A stretch of 64,000 bases of DNA from Dicyema japonicum (taxonomy: Eukaryota > Animalia > Dicyemida): contig RDEW01000023.1 of the NCBI GenBank assembly GCA_011109175.1, positions 62,001-126,000 on the forward strand, read 5' to 3'. Of the stretch, positions 53,301-64,000 are shown piece by piece. The notes below the pieces were generated by a model. The model was given only the letters and a program-made list of their open reading frames with translations, ran no database searches and was not told the DNA's origin. Position 1 is the stretch's first letter. Every line of letters starts with the position of its first letter. The translations under genes and the position numbers were made by a program.

Positions 53301-54599
53301 TGAAAATACTTTTTAATAATAATATGCCAACAGCAATTGATGGCAAGTTTGAAATATCAATCTACTGTCTCTTGGTGTTTTAGGATTATTTGTTCAAGGG
53401 AAATGGATGAAAGTTTGTCCTTGATGCATTAGTTTATTAGCAGTGGTATCAATAGTGAATCCAAAATAAATAAGATAGCAAGGAAATTCAATTTCATGAG
53501 TCACACTATAATGTAATCATAGAACTCAGTTTTTTCAGTGGTAGTCATCAATTTGGAACTAATTTATACAATAAAACTTGCAATGCACTTTGCTCCAATC
53601 ACAGGTTGTTAGGTGGGGGGCCTTTTCTCATTCAAAATTTAAATAATGAATGACCTCATCTAATCGGGTACCAATATCAGACCATGATTTGACCACCAAA
53701 TTTTCATTTATACTTCGTTTTTTGTAAGTATAATATAGACCTAACCAAGAGATAACGATTGAACATAAATCTGACTAGAAACAGAAGCAAAGTGATTGAG
53801 TTTTTTCAATCCGTTTAAATTAGATTTAAATACAACACGATAAGGCAAAGAACAAATACCACAAAGGCAAAGTTGAGAAATTTTTAATGAAACTCAAATT
53901 TAATTTGCAATATCGATTTCCTATGTAATTAATTTCTGACGAGTAGTTGATCCTTATTATTTTATTCCGCAAAAATAAATTCCTAGACTTTCAAATAAGG
54001 TACAAGTTTTTGTACGTCGTAATCTCTGGTTAAATATAAATTATTAGATCCAATCCATGTGGAAAAGAGCAATGCCATACGGAACACGTGGGGAATCTAG
54101 AAATGATTGGGAAAATGAATTCCAAAATTGTCTTCTTTGTTGGTAAGGTGGGGGACTCTATTGATAGTGGAAAACGAGCTAAAAATTCATAATGAAAAAT
54201 GACATCTATAACTTCTTAAAGATATACATTTTTAATAAGTTTTTTTAATTTTTACACAATTTTTGCCATTAAATTAATTAAAATTATTGTCCTATTTATT
54301 ATCCTATTTTACGTCTCCACTTTTCCTTACATAGATTGTGATCTTTACTATCCCTGCATATTAACCCCACATATACCTGAAATAGGTTTTATCCATTTTC
54401 TCTGGTTGTAGTGGAACGTACCTCTCCAAGGATTATTGGAATTAAAGAAGAGAGACCTTCTTGCATGCCGCCCAGATATTGGACGTCTCCTGTTAAGTAG
54501 ATCTAACGACGTCTCTAGGAATTAAAGGAGGCAAAAGGAACAAAGTAGTCTTAGCAATATAACTTGACCATCTTATTTTATGTATTAATCAAAGGCCAC

Positions 54600-55300
54600 C
54601 AGTGGCCTGCCTAGGGACGGTGGACATAGGGGCAGCCTCCTCAGGGGGCATAAGATCCATAAAGTTCACACTATTAAGTTGTACTCACTTGTTTCTCAAT
54701 GTTTTTTCATCATACACAAAATCGACTGCTAGTGATCACTTTGTTTTATTGACAGCCCTGAAGACTTCGAACGTACTGGTTTTAATCGATGGCAGTTGCG
54801 TGTTCGCTGTGAATTCCCTTATCGCCCATTGTGATGAAAATCAGTGACCTTTTTGTTATGAGGATGTTACTCTTGCGAAGCATAACGTGCGAAGTGACGG
54901 TTGTTTTTCCTTGCTACAGTTTTCTGTTTTGATTTCCTCTAATTGATCTTACAAATGAAACGAATACAAATCGCCACAAGAAATAGCTCAGAGAAGATAA
55001 TGCCATGAGAGGCTGTTTGATGAAGAAGCGACACGTGGCAAACGATCAATCGGATGCTGACAATTTCGAACCCGCGGCTGTCATCCAAGAGGGCATCATA
55101 AATCCAGTGATCACATAACTCTATACTGATGGTGATAATCAGAATGCAAATTCTTAGCAAAAATTGATTCCAGATGACGCTGATGATTTTAATTATAATA
55201 CAGCTTTCACTTTTAACTATGAAGGCAACGACATCGTTGAATTTTTATTATTTCGTGACCACGACTTTGGGCGTTTAACCGATTTCCACATATTTAATTA
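54600..55300 (-). mobile_element. hAT DNA transposon remnant with terminal sequence
   Basis: CAGTGGCCTGCCTAGG..GGGGC terminal-like GC-rich end at 54600; degenerate LRIxxxI..SIE C-terminal motif on the minus strand. Confidence 0.45.
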
Positions 55301-55469
55301 AGTGCTTAGTTCAGCAAGGATCGGTGAATTTCCAACACCAGAAAGGTACTTTTGCTGAAAAGGAAGGAAGGTCATTTTCTAAGCATTAATTTGAAACTTG
55401 GTCAAGTAATGGCGAGCGTTTTCTGAGAAAATGAATTTTATATTCACCAACAAGCTTCCTTTTGTTTGT

Positions 55470-55576
55470 TTTATTATTAACCCCGGATACACCGAGAAAG
55501 AAGTTAAAGTAAACAACTAATGAAGTGTATCCAATTTCCACTTCCACATCCGGAATCAACATAAAAGGTAACGTCC
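55470..55576 (-). mobile_element. 5'-truncated copy of SINE-like family A
   Basis: ttaaccccggatacaccgagaaagaagttaaagtaaacaactaa matches family A; has a (TAA)n tail. Confidence 0.8.
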
Positions 55577-57244
55577 TTTTGCTTTTTTTATTTTCAAGAT
55601 GCAAATCAAGTGTTTGTAACAAAGATGAACTTATCCTAGAATTTATGAACATGAAAGAAATCCTGATCACACAATTTGGATTTTGCATAAAAACTTGAGA
55701 AATCATGCACAATTGATTACAAACTCCTAGAGCATATTTTGAGTGAGAAAAAGAAATGGAGACTTATTGTTGAACAAATTGTCGATATTGTTTTTCCCCT
55801 TGCAAGACAATATTGCGTTGTGAAGTCATAGAGACGAAAGAAATTCAAAGTCGGTGAACGATGATGCTAATGAAACCAATTCTGGATACTTTTTGGATAT
55901 TATCAAATTGTTAGCTGATTGTTGTTTTGTAAGAACATTTGCAGAATATGAAGAATAAACGCACCAAAGTCAACTATCTGTCTAATAGGAGGCAGAATAA
56001 AATAATCAATCTTATTGGTGATTAAAAAAAATTATTTCCAAAGTAAAGAAAGCCAAATATTCTGGCGTTAGATTTCACTCCAGGTGTATCACATGAAGAT
56101 CTAATTGTGGAGATTATGAGGGTAAGGTTGTAGAAATTAGTTTTTCTTGGCTTCTCTCAAGTTTCTGAAAAACACTCCAAGCTTAGTGAAGAGGGTGATA
56201 GAAAAGATGGAATTGACTTAAATAAGACGAGCTTACAATAATGAATGGTGTTCGATGGATATCAGAAATTAATCCTCAAACACAGTTTATCAATTGTGAA
56301 AACCATAACTTAAATTTGGCGTGTGTTCATAAGTTAACCCAACACTACATTTTTTGGTATTGTTGACAAAATTTTTGTTTTCTTTTCATCCTCGACATCA
56401 CGCTGGGAAGTACTAAAGTCAAAAGTTAAGAAAACATTTATTATGAGAACAGATGTAGTTCACACTAATCCAATTGAAATCATTCAAGAAAATTAGGATG
56501 AATTTGTATCTTGTCTTGAGTATTTTGGATTTGGAAAGTTTACAAGTGAAACAAAATCTGATGCCTATTCTGTCACAGTACAAAGATACTAAACGCTACA
56601 AGATCCCAAGATTGATAGGCTCAATAGAATCATTCACCTTAAATTTGAGGTCATCATTAAGAGTGCACTCGGATAGGCATTAGAATACTGTCAAAAGTCA
56701 GGCGAAAGAAAATTATGCCTGAATAGAGTGCGAAAGATGAAGACTTATCAGAAGTTGATGAAATAAAAAGAATAATGAATGAATTCGCAAACAAACCGAA
56801 GGGAAAACTTTCAAAACGCTCATGACGCACTCGTAGGCTCGTTGACAAATTTTTATTTTATACACTCACCAGGGACATTAAGAAATCAGAAAGCTTTAGT
56901 ACGCCCCTGAAGACCACTTCTAAAAACCCAGAAGTAACTAAGTTATCCCAACATGTTCCAACAGCGGCCTCAATTTGTCACAGTGGTCCTCCATTGACTC
57001 CACACAAGCATGTACTGAACATATAATTGTCAGAGAGAACGTAAATTCTGCGCCGTTTATCGGTTTAGTGACTACAGTGCATTTTCCAGGAAATCAACTG
57101 TTCTGTCATTAGTAATGACATTAAACCTGAAAATGTTCAGGAATGTTTAATTTCATATTACAATAAATAATTTCGTTTATTTTTCCATAATGCAATTTCT
57201 GCAATTATTTTTTTTGAAATTTTTATTTTCTGGTTGCCCTAATT

Positions 57245-57530
57245 GTTATTGTCTCAGGACCACTGAGTTAAGGGAAAATAATCTCCCATCTAAGTGATCT
57301 CAGACCGACACCAATGTAGATTTGTTTATTTAATAACTCCAGGTTAACAATCTTTGGAAAGTCCAACTTTAATAACTAATTAATACAAGGAAGTAACCCG
57401 ACGAAGAATATCTGCCGACCAAATACATCCTCCAATACTCCATTACAGGACTCGGAAGAAAGGTGGAGAAGTAGGTCCATCCTCTTCCATTTTCATCACT
57501 CGTCCTATCATCGCGATATCATCTATTCTT
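57245..57530 (-). mobile_element. Adjacent short Vingi-like 3' end (57245-57315) and family C 3' fragment, copy 3
   Basis: gtcggtctgagatcacttag matches the LINE 3' UTR; aggtggagaagtaggtcc..cctcttccatttt matches family C. Confidence 0.6.
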
Positions 57531-58055
57531 AGCAGAAGATAATCTTCACCAATGGACATAGTCAGAGAAAAGGTAGGAGAGTCCTTTTCAACAACTGTGT
57601 CGCCATAAGGGCTCGTCGCCTCGCGGGTGGGATCGGTTGACGAGAATGGCTAAAAAGTTCTGATCAAAAGACTGCGTTAAGCTAAGAAGGCCTCCCAATG
57701 TAGCTGATCGATAGATGTGTGCGAGATAGTCAATAATTGTTATTAGGTCATACGTAAACATCTTCAACAGTATGATTGGATTAATTCTTTACTACGTGAA
57801 AGAAAATCGAATGACTTAATATTTCTGAAGAGACTTTTTTAAAAAGATCCGCCCTGAGTTTTATTCTTTCAACATTTTATGCCAGACTTCCCACAACTGA
57901 GATACAGGAGTACACATCTGTTATTTATACCAGTTTATACCAGTTGGTGGTTGGAGTTCTCAATTAATCTACAGACAAAAGCTATTCGTGTAGTTTTCAT
58001 GATCCATATTCAGTTTTTGTGAGATCTCAAAAAGTGAAAACCTTATGGTCTATCT

Positions 58056-59050
58056 CAGTGGTTCCCAACATTAAAGTGCTCACGGAACCCTTTTAGGCTA
58101 ATTTATTTTTGCGGAACCCTTCCAATTTAATTATTACAATTTTCACTTAAAACATAGTAATAACCAAAAACAATTTTAATGTGAACATTGAGATAACTTT
58201 TTATCATAGTTGTGTAACGATAGGAGTTGACTACTATATCCTAATATCAGCGGAAGAGTTTATTTTTATATTTTGTTTTAATAGATGTATATATTGAAAA
58301 CCCCGAATCGCATAAGTAAATTGTTGGAAAAGGTAATAGTGTAACTTTTTCTAAGATATCAGGATATTTTGAAACGTATGCTCTCCAACAATTAAAAAGG
58401 GATTCATTTTATATATCTGACTTGACGTTGATTTTGATATCAATAAGATGTTCATATTTAATTGATGTTAGATTTGCTGGTATTACTTTAACTTTGGATT
58501 TTGAACCCAATCCTCATCAAATTTATTCGCAATGTAATCATCCAAAATTACCAATGATCTTTAATTTCCTAAAGTACTGTGTCGTCCAATGAGCAATTTA
58601 ATTCATCAAGATACTCTTGCAAAACGGCAAAGTATGTAATGTTATTTTTATTTACGCCCATTACTTTATCGGTCTAAATAAAAACAGTTTGATATTTTAC
58701 TTGTAGTCATAATTTATTCAATTTTTCATAAATTGAAACCAAATATGCAAATCTCTGTAAACAAAGGTTGTTTTCCAAATTTTTGTAAATTGGAAAATTT
58801 CGTTTCTTGAGTTGTCGTCCTTCGCAAAATTGGACATTTCCAGCTTACCATTCAATTTGTTTTGAAAAGGGAATATATTTATCCTTTAAATGAGGATGCT
58901 TCATCAATAAATGTCTTGATAGTTTGAATTTGTTAGGCATTATGTGATGGCATATTACATATTCTGCCGTATGCGGTAATTCAGATCCGTTCTGAAAAAA
59001 TACATATGAAAGGTAGCTTTCATATGGGTTTTTTTACTAAAATTATAATC
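58056..59050 (-). mobile_element. Buster/Charlie-type hAT transposon remnant with TIR
   Basis: CAGTGGTTCCCAAC terminal motif at 58056. Minus-strand LPFPTIYLCDSGFS..IKTKYKNKL matches the Buster C-terminus. Confidence 0.72.
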
Positions 59051-59129
59051 ATAAAAAATCTTTTGTGAATATTTTTCGGAATTTCTCATGCAATTATTGT
59101 TTCTCAAAATTGACTAATTATTATTATAA

Positions 59130-59480
59130 CCCCGGGAACACAGGAAAGAGAAAAAAGTTATCGTATAATTAAATGATCCCGGTGTCAGTGCGTCCTCCTT
59201 TGTTTCGACTTTGCAATTTTTTATGATCGTCCAAAAGGGGGAAGGTTTGATCTTAAAATTTCGAGCATACTTCTGGTAGACAAGAAACTCATCTTCAAAG
59301 GGGTTACCAGAAGATCGCACCATTTTTAAGAATTTTTGTTGTTCGTCACCGAGATGTTCCCTAACTTTTTGAGATCAAATGTGTTCCTCATTTTGACGTA
59401 GACGTCATTCTGTCACAATTAAGAAGGATCCGAGGCATTGGTTTTGTATGACCTCTAATTTGTTCTGCGTGGATATTGAC
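59130..59480 (-). mobile_element. Divergent Ingi/Vingi-like 3' fragment
   Basis: gggatcatttaattatacgataacttttttctctttcctgtgttcccggggttataata aligns with the LINE end gggatcacttagttagatgagaacttttat..cctggggtaata. Confidence 0.55.
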
Positions 59481-60771
59481 AATGGTGTACGCCGTACATG
59501 CATGTTCTATTGTAGAATATACTGTTTGTATAATAATTTGAGATGAGAAAGTAAAGAAATTGGAGATCTAGTAAAGGTCTTGAAGGATCCCCATCTTTTT
59601 GTGAACTCTTAAAATTATTGTGTCCACATGATGTGTGAACGTCATCAACGGGTAATATGTAACTCCAAGGATTGATGGGTTCTTATTAACTGGGATAAGC
59701 TCCAAAAAATTTATCCAAGAATCAGGGATTTCCCATTATCTTCAATAAAGAAGTAGTCATGAGTCTGCATTAAAAGTACGAAATCTTTGATTCTTTTCGG
59801 ATAATTCGGCATTTTAATTGACAGCAAAAAATCATGAACACGTTTAGAAATTTGTTTAATTTTTAATAATAGGTGAAATAAATGCAGAATGCATGGCGTC
59901 CTGCCGTACCATCATGTCCAGCCAATCTTAAATTAAACATCCCACAACCGATGTCTTATGTGAATGTAGACTACACAAATATCCTCAGAAAAAATGCTGA
60001 TACATTTAAAGTAAAAAGTGTGAGACTGATCCCTATCTTTATCCCTTATTCAAAAAATCGATTTTTACTTAGAGATTAAACATTGGCTGTGAGATGTTCA
60101 AACTTAAGAATTTGCCCGGAGATTATGCGAAAGAGTATCACCGCATCCACGGCTTTTTGCATTTTTATACATATGGGAGTCCACTGTTAAACCTAGAGCG
60201 GTAACCTTTATACCGTAAGTTGTGATTCTAAGAATCTGATGATCTGGCTCCTTAACAGAGAAAGATTGTCGCTTCAACAAGAGAATACCTGGGAATCACG
60301 CCAAATGCCCAGTCTACCTCAAAGAACGTGGCACGTTCCACTGTTTCATTTTTGTTTGATGACGAAATTGAGACCTCAACCTTTAGATGTAGTCACCACA
60401 TAATACCTCCTCACGGAACCACATTCGAATATCCGAAAATGTGTCTCATTATGGAGTCCTGGGCTCACCTTGGCTGTATCATTTTCTGTGTCTTCCACAC
60501 ACTTTGGAATTGTTTTATAGATTTTAGGATCGATAAATACCGCATAAAGATATTTAGGTTAATAACACTCCAGTGGTCATGAAAACATAGAGGACCGATT
60601 GACTATAACGCGAAACACGATGGACAAATGAAGAGTAGTGATATAAACAATGGAGTAATAATACCTGGACTGTCATGCAAAACAGATCTACTCTAAAGAA
60701 AGGTCAAACGATCACCCAAGCATGTTAAACAGAAAATAAAAAATCGCCTAAAGATAAACACAAAAGATAAA

Positions 60772-61342
60772 TCAATTATTTTTCACGCTTTCTCTACAAA
60801 TGTTGAAAGAAAGAATGTCCACGACGGATCTCCCATCCGACGATATCACACGTCCTCCGATAGGACTCTCGTTCACATAATTCAGATCCTTCAGTGTCTT
60901 TAAGGAATATCTGATGACACTCCGAGAGCCCTTGCAGAAGTGACAAGGACGACTCCCACGCCTCTGCTTGGCTACAAATTAGACTCGAACTTACAGCCGT
61001 AGATCTTCTGGAATCTCGTTAGGCCGATCGGTCTCTTAGTTCCATAGAGTTTGAGCAGTAAAGAAGCTGTGATGAACAGAATGGCATACCTGTACGAACG
61101 ACGAACCAGTCAGGATCCATGGGACTGAGTTCCTTGGCGTTACTTGTTTTCACGTAGTTCATACAGTTAGGAACCTTAAATTTGTCGTTTCTAAAATATC
61201 CTAAGGAAAGTAACTTTTTGATGTAGTCAGCGATTGCCTTCACTAATATGTCCTGATCCACGTCCTTTCCGCTGATTGCGTGTACTGATGATAGGTTCTG
61301 AATTATAAGCAAAATATAAACATTTGTGACTGAAGAAAACAT
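60772..61342 (-). CDS. RPS19: 40S ribosomal protein S19 (eS19), divergent, 5 exons
   Basis: Spliced: KDVDQDILVKAIADYIKKNDKFKVP..VKTSNAKELSPMDPDWF..RTAS..KIYGSKQRRGSRPCHFCKGSRSVIR..GGRVIS. Introns of 33, 24, 23 and 23 nt; open frame to TGA at 60772. Confidence 0.92.
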
Positions 61343-61469
61343 TGCAAACGACTAAGAAGGAGCACGTTTAACTTTTTAAATTTAAATTTTTGAAAAATTT
61401 TTAATTAATTATAATTGGATTCCACTTTATTTAACCAACAATAAAAAGTTAATAATTAATAATATATGG

Positions 61470-62330
61470 CAGGTTCTATTCTGGTTGCTGAGACAACTCC
61501 GAGAGCGTCTTGTCCAATTGAACCCTCTACCTATATGGCATCTCCGAGCTCTGCCTCCTATACTCCAGTGTCAGGCTCGCTAGAGTCCGCTTTAATACAG
61601 TGGACTGTAGATAGGCCTGGAGCTTCCTATCTACTCCTAACTGCTTCACATAACCCTTGTGGTATTTTGTTGCAATTCCTTCCCACGTTATTATTATTGG
61701 AATAACGAAAACCTTGCAACTAAGCATCTGCTTAATTGGCCAGAATCCTTATCGTGTACCACAATGTCCGGTTTTTTGTGGTTGACTAGCACCGAGGAAC
61801 GGATAACATTGTCAACCTTAATTTGGTCCCTGATGTTCTCTACTACAGATTATGAGTCCGCAACTTTTTGGTGTGGTGAATACTTATTGCATAGTAGAAG
61901 ATGAAGACTCCTTACTACCTCGTTATGCCTCCACACATAGTCATGACAGATCCACATCGAGTGGCTAAATGATTAACCGACATGCTCCTTGACTTACAGT
62001 GGGGACATGTATTTGTTGATCGACCCCAAAAAATATTGCGGTCTTGCATATACGTGTACAACGCCTCTGATCGAGGTGAGTTGTCACCGTATTTTAGCCA
62101 TATTGTCGACGGCTTAAGGTCGACATGTGGGTTGTCCAATGCTCTGAAGAGGACCTTATGAAGGCTTTTTAAGTTGATCTTTTCCGTCAAATTATTATAT
62201 TGTAATTCTATCAACGCCTTCACATTTACTAGCCCACCATCATCAACAGCATAATTAGCAGACAAAAAATGTCTGATAATGCCTGATACGGAAACACCTT
62301 CAATCCTGGACTCAACTAAAAATATTTAAT
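61470..62330 (-). mobile_element. R4/Dong-like element 3' fragment (CCHC + restriction-like endonuclease)
   Basis: CPHCKSRSMSVNHLATRC; VIPIIITWEGIATKYH..VLKRTLASL. Confidence 0.75.
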
Positions 62331-62669
62331 TTCATCAAAAAAATGTTTTTTTTAAATAAAATTTTTAAGTGCTATATTTTGTTGTTAATACCTATAATGC
62401 TATTTTTTTGATTCCTATATTTTAAATTTTTAATGTTATAAAAATTGCTATAATCACCAAAGTCGGTTAACTTGATCAGGTGAGTGGAAGTGTAATCTCT
62501 GGCCGTGTTGTGATTTGGTCTAAAATCTTTGAGACTGAACAAAAGAAAGAGATTGTACGTACTAATCCTCACATGTGTCTTTATTAGGCTTTAAATTGAG
62601 ATTACTGTCTATTGCTTCCGAAGCATACAAAACCCGAGTTAAACTTTTGACTGAGGAAGGTATTATTAT

Positions 62670-63588
62670 TAAGCACAAGTGACGAGCACAAGTGCTCTGC
62701 AACAACATCAAATCAAGATCTCGCTATTTCCCAATGGAGTCCCTCAAGGCTCACCACTATCACCCCTACTCTTCATCTCTACATAAACGACATGCCACAA
62801 ACCTGTAATGAAAACTGTCTAATCCTCTCATATGCCGACGATATCATTCTTGCCTCCAAGGACAGAAACATTCAATCAGCGACTCAGTTGGCTCAACAAA
62901 TGCTCGATAACTTGGAACTATGGCTCTCGAAGCGGAGACTTGACACATCAGCAGCAAAGTCCTTTGTCACATTGTTTACCACCTACAAGAGACATCTCTG
63001 TATCGAACCAAAAGTCTTTATGAAGAACGAAGCTATCTCTATTAACAAAACACCGAAGATTCTGGGAGTAACCTTTGATCAGGGACTCACCTTTATCCGG
63101 CATGTTGAAAACAGAGTAACTTCTGCTCTGAAAAAAATTAAGAATATTAAAAGTGCTCTCAAAAATATTTAGAGATCAAACTGGGATCCTTTCCACGATA
63201 TACAAACAATTCATCCGACCAACGATGACGTATGCAAGTCCTTCATGGGCAATGCAAATGTCACGATCTTCCACATTGAAGCTGTCTGCAATCGAGGAGA
63301 CTGCAATGAGGTTAATTGGACCAGATCACAACATCCAACCTATTGAAAATTTTTTAATTGAAATACACCGAAAACTATTAAAGGAGGCTGTTCTACCGAG
63401 CTGCCCTCTATTCCAAATACTATCGAATTATCTACAATCATACAGAAATTGTGAGCCGATGCCATGTCCTATGAGAAGAGCTGTTCAGGATTCTCGACCC
63501 CGCCGGACTCGTCCTCACCTTTGTCGGTCTGGATCACTTAGTTAGATGAGAACTTTTATTTCTTTCTCTTTGACCCAGTGATCCTGGG

Positions 63589-63619
<31 letters not shown>
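62670..63619 (+). mobile_element. 5'-truncated Ingi/Vingi-like LINE, copy 3, with intact 3' end and (TAA)n tail
   Basis: GVPQGSPLSP, SYADDIILA, KILGVTFDQGLTF, YKQFIRPTMTYASPSW; ends gacccagtgatcctgggggtaataataat. Confidence 0.88.
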
Positions 63620-63621
<2 letters not shown>

Positions 63622-64000
63622 TATTATTATTAAGGCACTTTCACGAAAGCCATAATGTTTATACCCCACATGTGCAACACTCAAAGAAACAATATTTATA
63701 GTTAGTCTTCTCCATCTTCCTCTGTCGACTGCGAGTGATCTCAATTCGTTTAGGTCGTCCCCCGTCTTTAGATTTTTTCTCACACGATTTAAATTTTGTT
63801 TAGGCAGTCGAAGTGTCGATCTAGGTCGTCCGCGAAGGGTTTGTCGCAACTGTCAAAGTAATCTTCCATCGCTTTGTTAGCGAGTGCGTCCGGGTTCACT
63901 TTTAATACATGCCCAAATAGCCTCCACCGGGCATCTATCACATCCTTACTATGTAAGAACACATAAACTTGTTGTAGATACCAGTGGTTGATATTCTACG
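63620..64000 (-). mobile_element. RTE-clade LINE 3' fragment, tail-to-tail with the preceding LINE
   Basis: RGRPRSTL..DLNELRSLAVDRGRWRRL; ends gtgcct(TAA)n. Confidence 0.82.

Noticed and set aside
57590-57670. GC-rich stretch gggctcgtcgcctcgcgggtggg.. as an HDV-like ribozyme or ncRNA
   Set aside because: No consistent P1/P2/P3 pairing could be found; it is more likely coding debris of the element upstream of family C copy 3.
63556-63849. ORF with a poly-Ile tract
   Set aside because: It is the translation of the (TAA)n/(TTA)n LINE tails, not a protein feature.

Overview
AT-rich animal (metazoan) genomic DNA with unusually short spliceosomal introns, mostly 22-29 nt and one apparently 19 nt. 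This architecture matches what is known for dicyemid mesozoans, but the taxon is an inference and orthonectids or myxozoans are not excluded. Ten host genes can be reconstructed by hand by removing micro-introns: ANKMY1-like, aminoacylase-1, a CAP/GLIPR1-like protein, a ~12.4 kb CRAL-TRIO + spectrin + Ig giant protein, an SLC17 transporter, EPT1/SELENOI-like, PLA2G15/LCAT-like, an innexin, glutamine synthetase and RPS19. One Cys-rich orphan gene is also possible. Compact gene clusters alternate with decayed non-LTR retrotransposons (Ingi/Vingi-like, CRE-like, R4-like, RTE-like, jockey-like) and hAT remnants. The most interesting signal is a retroelement system. An Ingi/Vingi-like LINE has a 5' HDV-ribozyme-like module followed by a 2A peptide (GDVEANPGP). 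Two families of 230-310 nt SINE-like elements carry the same ~62-nt module with compensatory base changes, share the LINE 3' end, and add a 5' head of 10-bp-phased E-box-like repeats upstream of the predicted cleavage site. Caution: many host genes carry single-base deletions in homopolymer runs, most likely long-read consensus errors, so single-base details need read-level confirmation.
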